DNA from: Basidiobolus meristosporus CBS 931.73
Taxonomy: Eukaryota > Fungi > Basidiobolomycota
Direction of reading: 5' to 3'
Length of the DNA stretch: 64,000 nucleotides
Assembly: GCA_002104905.1 (NCBI GenBank)
Contig: MCFE01000168.1
Location: 62,001-126,000 of the forward strand
A model generated the notes under the pieces. It ran no database searches. It was given only the letters and a program-made list of their open reading frames with translations, and was not told the DNA's origin. The position numbers were made by a program, and so were the translations under genes. Positions 25,611-37,583 of the stretch are shown in pieces. Within the stretch, counting starts at the first letter, position 1; each line of letters starts with the position of its first letter.

Positions 25611-28022
25611 ATGTCTCTGTTGAACCGTGCCCGCCTACTTCTAAATGGGCTAACCAGAGCTAATCTATCTCGGAATGCTTCCTATGGGCTACCAGCAAAG
25701 ACTTCGAGTAGACGATATTTTTCTTTTTATCCTCCTGCATACATCATCAAAATATCGCCCATCGTGAAACCTAAGGCCAGGTCTGCGCTTTTGAGTTCCA
25801 TTTCGCCCTTGCATAATTTTGAACAAGCTGTAAAAGCAAAGAATCCGGAAAACGCCTGGTCCTCTTTCACAAGAATCCTGATTACTCCCAACGAAAAGCT
25901 TATCAGCTCTACGCATATCTCCGGCCTTCTCGACATACTTCTAAGTAGTAAGAACAAGAAATTAACTCACGAAAGATGCGTCGCTTTGCTATCACACATG
26001 AAAAGGCTTCGTACCTCGTTTCAAACGGTTAGAGAGCATTTCCCACTCGTCAGATTCTATCTGTTTTTCGGCTACAAGGAGGAACTTGTAAATTTGATTC
26101 GGGTGTTGACAGAGAAATTTTCATTCTCCGAGAAAGAATGCAGCCAGTTGATATACCAGTTTGGAAGTGTAGATGTGAGGCAGGCTTGGACGTTTTATCA
26201 ACACGTAAATCCAATTCTTATACTTGGTGAACAGCCATTGCTGGATCTGCTTTCTTTCGCTTTGAAAAATAACGACGGCGTCATCATAGATGAGATAGGA
26301 GACTACGTATTCACGTCAGAAGCAGAGCCGAGTCGCCCGGTTTACCAAGCACTAGTACAAGCATACACTAACTGCTGTACTCTGGATTCAGTGCTCAAAT
26401 TATATCATAAGGCAGATAATAGCGACCTGTTGAACATCCGAGTTTTCAATATGTTCATCACCTTCTTCAGAAAGGCTATGCGATACGATCTATGTATCCA
26501 TATGTATAACGAATTGACAAGAAGACACATCACACCAGACATCGTCACCTTGACATCTATGATGCAAGTCTATGCTAGAAAACTGGACATCCAGAGCGCA
26601 GAGGCGATGCTGAAGAAGCTGTTCAAAGAGGGCCTCAGTCCTGACGTCATGACCTATACCACGCTTATCGGCATGTATGCAAAAGCATCTAAAATGGACA
26701 AGGCGTATGATCTAATTTCCGAAATGAAGAAGAATGGAGTGTCACCTACTCTACGTACATATACTGCTTTACTTAATGGATGCTCAATATCGAATGATGT
26801 TGACGGTGCAATGAAAATATTCCGCCAGATGGAGGCCAGTGGGGTCCAACCTGATATCACAGCGTACAACACACTTCTCCGGGCTTATTCAAAGCATCCT
26901 AATGATGACGAGATTCAGAAGATTCTGGCTGAAATGATCGAGCGAAAATGTAATCCTAACTCAGGAACGTACAGCTTACTAGCACATTACTACTTGGAGC
27001 ATGGCGACGAGGATAGAATAGATGAACTAGAAAGCAAGTTGCTGGATGGTGGCCATGTGGATGAATTGGCTTGTCATACTTTAGTCGATACTTACTTGGC
27101 CCTGTCGAATTGGAGCAGAGCCATCAAAGTGTACGAAATCATGAAATCGCGAAACCTCGGACCTCTTACCGATATATACAACGCGATTTTAAAATCCCTG
27201 GCAAACGAATCGGAAGAAAGTCCGCTTTTGAAGTTCTTCCACGAAGGAGGCTCTACGCAGAACATCGTTTCGTTCAACATCATACTCAATTACTTCCGGT
27301 TACATGACAAAGTGAAGGAGCTCCAAGAGTCGTATGAGTCTATGGTTAGAAGTGGAGTGCGTGGTGATTTAACGACATACAACATTCTGATCTCGGCCTA
27401 TTGCAACGTTGGAGATCTCAACAAGGCTCTGAATGTGTTCGATAGCTTGGAATCCAAAGGAACCCAGCCAGATCGGAGGATATTCAACACCTTACTTTCA
27501 GCATGCTTTAAGCACAACGAATCCAACCTTGCCTTTAGTATTTATCAGGCGATGTTGGATCAAAAACTTACTCCCGACCAACACACACTGACGATTCTCA
27601 TGGATCACTATAATCGTATTGGCGAGATGGAGAACGTTTTTCGAATCTGGGAGTTGCTGACTCGGGATTTCCCTAAAGAAACATTGAACACAAGCGTCTC
27701 GGTTCTGCTGGACTCTCTCGGCTTTAACGGAAATCTAGATACATTGAAGCATATGTGGGAGAAGCTGCGAGCAGACGGTTACATGCTAGATGAAAATAAC
27801 TTCAGCTCATATATCGAGGCCCTTTGCCGATTTGGCGCGCATGATGACGCCATAAAGGTGTTGATGCACGAAATGGAGTCTATTCAGCCTAGTCGTAAGA
27901 CATGCGAGCTTCTGCTGAAATCATTAGTCAGCTATCGACGTAAAGAGGACGTGGTTGAGGTTATGAACTTCCTCCGAACAAAGAGCCCAGAGATATACTC
28001 AGTGCTTGCCAAGATCTTATAG
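25611..28022 (+). CDS. Mitochondrial pentatricopeptide-repeat (PPR) protein, intronless
   Basis: Tandem 35-aa PPR units (PDIVTLTSMM, PDVMTYTTLIGMYAK, PTLRTYTALLNGC, PDITAYNTLL, GDLTTYNILISAYC, PDRRIFNTLLSAC). Presequence-like MSLLNRARLLL at 25611. Confidence 0.95.
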   Translation: MSLLNRARLLLNGLTRANLSRNASYGLPAKTSSRRYFSFYPPAYIIKISPIVKPKARSALLSSISPLHNFEQAVKAKNPENAWSSFTRILITPNEKLISSTHISGLLDILLSSKNKKLTHERCVALLSHMKRLRTSFQTVREHFPLVRFYLFFGYKEELVNLIRVLTEKFSFSEKECSQLIYQFGSVDVRQAWTFYQHVNPILILGEQPLLDLLSFALKNNDGVIIDEIGDYVFTSEAEPSRPVYQALVQAYTNCCTLDSVLKLYHKADNSDLLNIRVFNMFITFFRKAMRYDLCIHMYNELTRRHITPDIVTLTSMMQVYARKLDIQSAEAMLKKLFKEGLSPDVMTYTTLIGMYAKASKMDKAYDLISEMKKNGVSPTLRTYTALLNGCSISNDVDGAMKIFRQMEASGVQPDITAYNTLLRAYSKHPNDDEIQKILAEMIERKCNPNSGTYSLLAHYYLEHGDEDRIDELESKLLDGGHVDELACHTLVDTYLALSNWSRAIKVYEIMKSRNLGPLTDIYNAILKSLANESEESPLLKFFHEGGSTQNIVSFNIILNYFRLHDKVKELQESYESMVRSGVRGDLTTYNILISAYCNVGDLNKALNVFDSLESKGTQPDRRIFNTLLSACFKHNESNLAFSIYQAMLDQKLTPDQHTLTILMDHYNRIGEMENVFRIWELLTRDFPKETLNTSVSVLLDSLGFNGNLDTLKHMWEKLRADGYMLDENNFSSYIEALCRFGAHDDAIKVLMHEMESIQPSRKTCELLLKSLVSYRRKEDVVEVMNFLRTKSPEIYSVLAKIL

Positions 28023-28550
28023 TTTGGATGGAAGTAATTGTACAGTGGACATGATTGCCAGATGCATAATAAATAAAATCACCGTTTGAACGTGGGTGGT
28101 GACTTTTGTTATTTATACCACCTACCGACTTTCAAGTGACTGCTTAATCCAAACTCTTTCATGCATCTCTTGATGTATTTATATGTCAGATCTATCGGTG
28201 CTGAGGATTGGTCATTGGCAGAGATTATCGAATCCAGCTTATTTAATGTATAATGTAACGAGTGGCTTGGTGCGAGTATACTTTTAGTGTATTTCCTGTT
28301 TCTCCACAACCTCCTACAGAGTGCATTAATCAATAAAACCGGAATTTTAATGACTTGCGCAGAAGTAATACTCCATCATTCCGTTGGAAGTCCGCATTAA
28401 GTCCCTACTGGGATTTCTTTTATGAGATATATAAGCAAGTCTGAGAAGAGTTGAAATGTTTCCCTCTTCTTGTACTCTATAGTTGTCCTCATACCATATC
28501 ATTGATGCCTTCATATTAACCCAATAAACCCAACTCCAACTTTAACAACC

Positions 28551-31500
28551 ATGGTAACGAGTATATGTCGTGTAGCGAGGCGCCAACTGTTGTTTATTCA
28601 ATACTACGTTGCTTAGGGGTTTAACACGATACGTAATCTTGAAGTTATACTTCACCGTTGCTTTGACTCGAATATTTCAGATTCGGAAAGAAAAGAAGCA
28701 GGTAACCAGGTAGAGCATGGCCTCAGTTGAGCATACACTATTTAACTTTCTGCCTACCTTCTCTTTAGAGAGCGCACTTTCCAAACACATACATAGCCCC
28801 GACAAGTTCCACGTTCAATGCACTTTTCTTCTACAACATGCTAGTTCAGATTTAACACGTATATTGACACTATCCTTGTACGAGGTATTTGCTCAAGTTT
28901 CCTATAATGCGTAGAGTATCCACCAACTGTGTATATCACAGAATAGCGTCTTGGCGAAGTGGAATAATTTGAAGAACACGGTGAAGAAAGAAATAAGGGA
29001 TTTTTTCTTTGAATTCCTTGCCTCACAGTACAAGAACCTTGTAGCCTATGTATCCGATAGAGTGATCAAGACCATCACGAAAATAGCCCTTCTTGATTGG
29101 CCTCACAATTTCCCGGAGATGACCAGAAGGATCATCAAACTGATTACCGCTGCTACCACCAGAATTCCCGGGCTCAAATTGTTGGATAATATTACGAGTG
29201 AGTTTGCTTCAAAACGACCCAACACCACTGACAAACGGAAGCAAGAGATCCAAGAGACCTTTGGCCAGGATACCGGGAGCATAGTCAAAACCTTGGTGAA
29301 TGTTCTTCGATCGAACTACAAGAAGGATTTCTCGTCCGCATCAATCCCTCGAAAACGGGCCAGGGAGATCTCCCCGATTGAAAACTCGTTTGTAGACGTG
29401 AATAACATGCGGTACTTACACATGACCAATATGTCGTCGAGATTCATGACCTTGCGCACTATGGTGAAGCAAAACAACCTCTTTGCCACCAATGTAACCA
29501 GCTCTCCAGCGTTAGATAATCATCTATCCGAGTCATTGAAGGTTAATAACCTGATCGATCCAGATAGCGAGAAGGTGTGCAAGTTCTCGTTAAAAGTTCT
29601 GACTCAGCTGGTACCTTGGCTCAACAACAAGGACGGAACCTTGGAGGCAGTAATGCATATAGTGCTCAAGTACACTGGACTTAGCCAGAAGAAGAATCTT
29701 CGCTTGGCTATTTTGGCGATGGAATGCCTAAACAAGATCATGGAGAGCGGGTTCATTCCTGAAAACCCAAGACCAATGATCGGGGCGATGATCAAATACA
29801 TCGGTAAGATCGTGGAGCAACTAGGAACTTGGAGTCTTGATATGATGGAGAAGAACTTCGTGGTGTTATACGAGATGTAAAGGTTTGTGTGAGGATCCCA
29901 TCTGGCATAATGCTAATGGCCCTGTTGTTCTGTAGATATCGGGCGAAGTTTGTGGATTTTGTCAAAGCCTTCCTTGAGAACTATATGGCCAAGATGGATA
30001 ATTTTTCGTGGCTTGGCTTTCAGAACGTTATTGACCAACTCGTCAAACATACATTAACCCAGGTAGAGTGCTACACGAATTCTTTTCGATTCCCTGGCTA
30101 AATTACCCTTGGTCCTGATTTCAGCTAAGGCTAGCTGACATGAGCAGCTTCCTGGACATCTGGAGCAAGCTACTAGATGGCCTAGCCACTAAGCCCGACA
30201 AGGGGGTTACTTTTCCTGTAGAAGAGCAGAGTCCGATCAGAAGGTCCAGTCGTGTGTTTATTTTTTATATTGAGCAATTGTAATAATGCGCGTAATCAGC
30301 AAGTGCATGGAGCTACTAGCTGGTCTGCTAGAGAAGGTCAAAGAACAAGTATCCATACAGGATATCTTGGATTTTAATTTGGAGAAATCTACGGTAGGAG
30401 CCGAGGCCAAAGAATCATCCCCACACCCCTAATAATCCCTGTCTTTAGGTGATAACAAAGTGTTATGATGTAATAGCAAAAGTATCCTCAGTATTCTCCG
30501 TTGGGCTCTTGGAGGAATGGGTACACACTCTCAAGCATATTATCGATGATAATGAATAACCGATTTGCCATGCCCATCAAGTATTCATCGTTTACACAAC
30601 AATTGGACCATTTGGAGCGGTTTCATTCGAAAGATCAACAGCCAGGTTGGTTTGCTCACATAGCCAGCCTTGCTTTAATGGAGAGAATAACCGTTCCATA
30701 TTCGCAGGAGAAATCAACAAACTTTCCATCGACGTAAGTGAGGCTTCAGTTTCTGTCCGCGAAGGAGATATGACTGACTTATTTGTTACTGACAGATTTG
30801 CGTGACGCTGAAAATATTCGAAAGGATTTCGGACACCTTGGTGAAGAACAGCTACGCATTGCCGTTTGTAGAAAAAGTGGTTTCTGTGATGAACCAACTT
30901 TCTGCTGAGCATCTGTACGAGATGCTGCCTCAACTGACTACCATGTTAGGCTGATAAATTGCTTACTCCCTGGATCAAGAAACTAATGAACATTTGTGTA
31001 GAATGACATCTATGTGTGCTTCACTAAAGCGTTTTTCAGAGTGGATGCGCGAGTACCAACTAATTAGCTTCGAGGATGGTACCTTGGTTGACCATTTCAG
31101 GCACCTCTACTCAGAGTTGACCAAAGTTGCCATCGATCTGATCAACTCTAACGTAAGTACACTTCGCACAATGATTTAGCTTCTGATTAACTAAAAAGGT
31201 GAGAAAGGTCCTGAGAAACTCCGATTAGAGGCTTCAACTTTACTCTTATGGATCACCACGACCCTCCGCTCGGAAGAATTCTTCTCGCTCCCTATCGTCA
31301 AGAGTTTTTTGGACTCACTTACCGTGATGTCTACAAATTGGTCTATAAACGTGAAGGAGATTGTATACAAAGCCATCTCCAATAGTTTACTCTTGCCTGA
31401 CCCGAATGTACCAGAAGGAGAGCAGGTCTACTTTTAGTGAAATGTGGTCAAGAAATGCAAGTGTCCAACATTTATTTATTCTTAGAACTGGGACTCACGG

Positions 31501-33081
31501 CTGATCCGCTATTCCAAATTCATGCAAGACCTCATTGAGCCGGCATTCAGGCTAAGTCCAGCTAGCTCTGAAAGCAATCAAGGCTACTCCGAAGTAGATG
31601 GTAGCAATTTATTACATATGTATCGTATTCAGCCCAATTTTCTGATGTCATCCGTAGCAAAGCAGTGTATTCTCGACACATACAAGATTCTCTCCGGCCT
31701 TGTAGAGTCGATACGAACCGAAGGGTTTAATCCCAAGCGCGTACTTTTCGAAAGTTTGAGCGCTTTTCTTCCTTTGACAATAGAATATCTCGAGCTTTAC
31801 ATGCGAGAATATGGTAAATTTCCGAATTGCTACGCTTGTTGGACTTGTTCGTTGATGTTTTCAAAGACGTCCTGAGGGAAATCCTAGGCTTCCTGGTGGC
31901 TTTGTTCGACTCTTTGACTAAAGAAATCGGCATGGGATACGTCGGTGATGTAGCTATCATTCTCTTAGGACCGTTTACACGAGATCAAATGGCTGCACTC
32001 TTAATGGATCGTGATAACTACGGCATTGGGGTTGTCAACATGTATAGTATTCATGGATGATGTTACGATATAGCATTCATTAAAATCTCTTCATCTAGGT
32101 CCTTGAAAGTGCTGATCAAAGTAGTCGAGATTTGCGCCAGTAAATCCACCAAGTCGATCATCCCCGCTGTCACGACTATGTGCCTGGAGAAAATGTACCC
32201 GGTGATTCTTGCTAGCCAACAGGTAACAGATGAAGAGGGTTGGTACACAATTATTCTGTGAGACTAAATATTTGCGTGTAGTATGTTGGCGCCGAGTATG
32301 TCAAGCCGTACTTTTACCAACTCATATTCACACTCTTGTACGAGAATTTCGGTCTCTTCTTCCCATCTTCGAAGCCGAATTGGTTGACCGACTGGAGGAA
32401 AAACGACGGCTCCATAACCGATGAAAATCTGAAGAGGCTCTTTGAGGTAAATCATGATAAGTATTTGTAGCATTCATGATCTCACCTTGCACTATTCAGA
32501 TTATCACACAATCCTTCAGTAGCTCCAATCCATACATAATCAATCAGAATTTGAGAGCTCTGGAGACCCTTAATGAAACACATGGATTATTTGACAAGGT
32601 AGGCACAGATGCTCCTCCACCGGATTTGATTTATTTACCATCTCCATTCATAGGAACTATTTCAAAATGAGCTACTAAGGCCATTCCTGATTGCATTATT
32701 CACTCTACTCATGAATAGACCGCAGGAACATCTGAAGAAGGACATAATAGAGTTGGTCTGTAAGATGATCACATCAAAGTACGAGATGTTCTCACTTGAG
32801 GTAGGAGGTTTCCATTTCTCATGGATTTCTGCATAATTCTAATTGAGAGTAATGCCTGCAGTTCCTGCCAGAATTCCTGGCCACGCGGACTGACATAAGT
32901 CAACGAGACCGTGAGAAACTATTAAGCCTTTTTCCAGAGAACAGGGTACATCTGATGATGCGTCACAGCTCTGGTGTCCGGTACTAATCTCACGATTGTT
33001 CAATAGGATCCAGCAAATAATCTGAAAGCACTCTACACATTTGTTCACGATGCTAGTTATTACCAGAAATCACTCATCTAG
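28551..33081 (+). CDS. XPO6: Exportin-6-like importin-beta-family nuclear export receptor (many exons)
   Basis: Manual splicing gives an IBN_N-type N-terminus (LEVILHRCFDSNISDSERKEAESAL), then KIALLDWPHNFPEM...PGLKLLDNITSEFASKRPNTTDKRKQEI and a C-terminal DPANNLKALYTFVHDASYYQ. These resemble animal XPO6 as I recall it. Confidence 0.75.
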
Positions 33082-33370
33082 CTTGAAGTGTACTGTAAAT
33101 ACTTTTAACTCCGTGCTCGCTTAATACCTGTAATTTTCCTCCGTTTGGTTTACCATTAACTTTGGATACCATTTCCCTACCAGAAGTTACCACTCCTTAA
33201 CCCACACGTTTACCTTTATTGCTATATTTCACAGATATAGATATCTAACCTCTAGAATTGCTCATTTGCCAATAAACATCGGGCTGGCGAACAGCAAGTA
33301 GTAGAAACAACATGAAGTCGTTGATGGAGAATGCAATGATCAAGCAGTATAGGGTGCCGTCTACTCTGAC

Positions 33371-34672
33371 TTAGAAGTCATTGACAACCTGAAGGCAACG
33401 ATTTTTGAAATAGTCACACCTTTCATCGGATTTTGAATTGAACATCTTTACCAAAGAATTCGAATTCTCCTCACTCTCCCTATGATGAAGAATGTTAGCT
33501 GGACCAAACTCGAAAAATCAGCCTAGGCATAAGAACCATTACCAGGCCACTTTCACCCCTTCAGAATCTAGTAAGCGACTGCATGTAGACCAGCTAAAAC
33601 GTATGATGTTGGGATAACCAAACACTGGATCAAGGTTGCTTTGAAGCCAGGCAACAGTTTTGGGATCTGGGGAAATAATTGAGGTCAGATCTTTGTTGAC
33701 GTTTAGGCCACCAAATCACACCACGCACCTGACGGATATCCAGAACCAAATTCTCTAGACACGTTCTCTATACCGGATTCTGCAAAGACCCAGTCTTTCA
33801 GGACGTGATCTCGAGTAACCTGGATAGTTGGGAGTGAGCTTTTCTAGATGTTATGGATTCACTCTTACAAAAATGAGTATTACCTTCGCGCATATACTGG
33901 CGGCACTAACAATAGGATATAAGCTATCCGCCTTTTTGGCTACAGTGATTTGGATGGCAGGAAAGATTTCTTGTAATTTACGTTGGTAAGCATCAGGCGG
34001 TCCAACAGTATCGATATACACCTAGAATAGGTGAGCTTCTAATTCCCCAATAATTCCCACATTCTTGCCAATTACCTCAGTTACATTGACTCCCTTCTTC
34101 AATGTATCTCTAATCAACTGAATAGTAGTATCGTGAGCCTGCGAGTTTAGATTATATTTACTCCTACAAGGAAACCTTTAGCTTCTAGCAAAGAAATCAA
34201 GTGCTCGAGCGGAGTATTTACTTTCCTAGCATTCCGTGAGAGATGTCCTGTGGCGAGAGGACTCGGACACTCCAGCCGATGAACTCGGAATTCTCATTTA
34301 TGAGAGCTAGGTGTTCTTCACGCTTCTCTTCTATCAGGGTTTTTGAATCTGCCACAACGGAACCTTTTAATGGAACGCTCGTGCGGTCTTACATGAGCCT
34401 TTGGTCTTACCAACAAAACCCAACTCCTCTATTTTTTCTTTCATGGACAAAGGACAATAGCATATACCATACACCATTGGACCTATACAGAGAAACACTG
34501 AGTCGGTTTGACGTCCTATATCCTATTCAATAATATTATTACCCAAAACTGGGCCTCTTCCGGCCTCATCCACCCCTAGAATGCAGGGGATTTTTGCTTC
34601 CCGTTGAACTATCTCGGGAGGAGGAGTAGCATAGGTATACGACTTCAACAGTGGTCCTTCGGGGAGTAACAT
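33371..34672 (-). CDS. RNH201: Ribonuclease H2 catalytic subunit A (multi-exon; absent from the ORF track because all exons are short)
   Basis: Spliced [71 protein letters not shown] and IRFSWST. Confidence 0.95.
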
Positions 34673-35370
34673 GGTTCAGAAATGCAGAAAAATATGAAAG
34701 AAATTGGGTGGAATTAGAATGCTACATAAAAGCAGTCCTAATCAAAACAACAGTTATTTGGGATATGTAAATATAGAGTGGATGGTAATCCGGAAGATAC
34801 CAAGTGTTCGAAAATAAAATATTATGCTATATCTCACACCGCTCACCATTCGTATTCTGGAATTTCTAAATCAGCTGATTGTGGGAAACCGTCGATTTTA
34901 TTACTCCGGGTCTATACCGAAATCCACGTAAGTCGAAGTGACCTTGACTCACACATTAGTATGAAATGTTTGACCTCGTGGTACCTTGATAGAGACCACG
35001 ATTGTCTCTATTGGGTAGTATGTTTTTGATAGTGTATAGATAAATATGGTTGTCATGATAAAGGATGGTAAAATTGCGTTAGTAGGTGAGAATTTCTATA
35101 TTAAGGAGGGATCAGAGAAACGGCAGAATTATTGATTGGATGTACGTCAGATAAGCTACTTCCAATCAAACTCCGAGAGGCAACCACAGCCACTTAAAGT
35201 TTCCAGAACCACATCACGTGTGTGATAGAGCAAACGGCTATCCGAGTATTGATGGTAGGCCCCAGAGAAATGAAGAGATTTAGGGAAAATGCTCATAAAG
35301 TTCGAAGAGTTCCATTGCTGTATCATCTCTCTTTTACTTTCGATTTAGCTATAGAAATAGAGATACAATC

Positions 35371-36892
35371 ATGAACGCCTTTAATGCTCTTCGTTTGTTA
35401 GTCAACCCTGTTAGTAAATCATTGTCCGTTGGTAGAGGTCTATCTGTTCGTGCTTTATCCAACACTGCTTCCAGAAGCTTCGCTACTGCTGAGAACGAAT
35501 CGATAAAGAAAGATGCACAAACCGCTGAGGGTCTTTCAGCCGCCGCTATCCACTCCAACGGCCCAGCCCGTAATGACTGGACTAGAGAAGAGATTCAGGC
35601 TATCTATGATTCTCCATTTTTAGATCTTCTTTTCCACGCTGTAAGTATTTTCTCGGAAAGGTAGACTAAAAAGAAGAACTGACTTATGGAAAACTTCATA
35701 AATATCTAGGCCAAAGTTCATCGTGCCAACTTCAACCCTCGTGAGGTGCAGCAAGCCACCTTGTTAAGCATCAAGACTGGTGGCTGTAGTGAAGACTGTT
35801 CCTACTGCCCTCAATCTTCTCGTCATGAAACTGAGGTGAAGGCTTCCAAGTTACTGGAGCGTGACGTTGTTCTTGATGCTGCTCGCAAGGCCAAGAATGC
35901 CGGAAGTACCCGCTTCTGTATGGGTGCTGCCTGGAGAGAGGTTGGTGGGAAAAAAACCAACTTCAACAATATATTAGATTACGTAAAAGAGATCAGGTAT
36001 TGGGTTGATTTTTCATGTGATAGTCATACAGCTCTGACCTGGTTTGAACTTCATTAGAGGAATGGGTATGGAGGTCTGTTGTACTCTCGGAATGTTGGAC
36101 GAAGCTCAAGCCAAGGCCTTGAAAAATGCTGGCCTCACCGCTTATAACCATAACCTTGACACATCCAGAGAATACTACTCCAAGGTACTGTTGTGACGTC
36201 AACGTATGTTACACATGCATGGTAATCTGATTCCATAATAGATCATCACTACTCGTACCTACGATGAGCGTCTCGAGACCATTGCTCGTGCTCGCGAAGC
36301 TGGTATCTCTGTATGTTCAGGTGGTATTATTGGACTCGGAGAATCCGAGGATGACCGAGTTGGTTTGCTTACTACCCTAGCAACTCTTCCTGCTCACCCC
36401 GAGAGTGTCCCAATCAATGCCCTTCTCGCGGTTAAAGGAACTCCATTAGAAAACCAAGAGGTAAAGATGATTCAATGATCGTATTCCCTTCGACCTCATT
36501 CATAACTATTGTCTGTTTAGCCTGTCAAAATATGGGATATGGTTAGAATGATCTCCACTGCTCGTATTGTCATGCCCAAATCCATGGTTCGCTTGTCTGC
36601 CGGTAGAGTTCGGTTCTCTCAGCCTGAGCAAGCACTTTGCTTCTTTGCAGGGGCCAACTCAATCTTCACTGGCGACAAGCTGCTGACTACACCCAACAAC
36701 GAATTCACTGATGATCAACTCATGTTCCAAACCCTTGGTAAGTCGTATCTCCCCTCTGGTGATACAAATCTAGTATGCTTACACTTCTGAAAAGGTCTCG
36801 TTCCCAAGCCCCCCAAATTCGAACAAAGCTCATGCAGCGGAGGCTGCAGCCACTCTGACGCTGAGCCAAAACAGGCCGATGCTGCCAATTGA
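35371..36892 (+). CDS. BIO2: Biotin synthase (radical SAM), mitochondrial, multi-exon
   Basis: [17 protein letters not shown] (CxxxCxxC), [40 protein letters not shown] and VRLSAGR. Mitochondrial presequence. Confidence 0.97.
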
Positions 36893-37583
36893 ACAGTGAC
36901 AGTTTCATAAATGTAAAAGCACATCTGTACACAATTCATTTTACTGTGTCATCCCAATTTATCATCCCACATCATTTAGTACAATCATTCATTTCTCTCC
37001 AATATAATCGAAAGCTCCGCCGTTTATTTAACTTATCATGTACCTTGGCTGTGGTCGAAAAAAGTGAAATAAATAAACCGCAGGTATTCTCGGATCCGAT
37101 GCTCTGATGTAATAGTCAAATTAATGAGGCTTATTCTGGAATCCTGAAGACTGTCATGTGTTACCTCTCTCGTCGCTATGAATGTTGCCTGGAAAATACC
37201 GAAACGCCGTCTGGTGGTCCGGAGTCCAAAAAAAGTCAAATTAATTTTGGTCAATCATCAATTTATGCTATATTGGGGCCAAGAGTTTTCACAGCCTTGG
37301 TTCACTAACCAAGGTCCTCACGTCACCAGTGCAATGATTCAGTTAGCAATCCGCTTCTTCCCCACACTGATCGCTATCGCATTGAAGGTGGAGTCAAATG
37401 TAGGAGATTAGACAGTTCCCATTGATTAACAATAATTAACTCATGCGATATTGTTGACATATGCGCTATTGTTGATTTGCAGCTCTTTTGTGAGCGTCCA
37501 TCAACCTGATTGTGAAGGCGCCAGAGGTGTATTTAAGGCCACTCTCTGCGAGGTGATTTTCCAAAGTTCAGTCGTTCTCTCCC

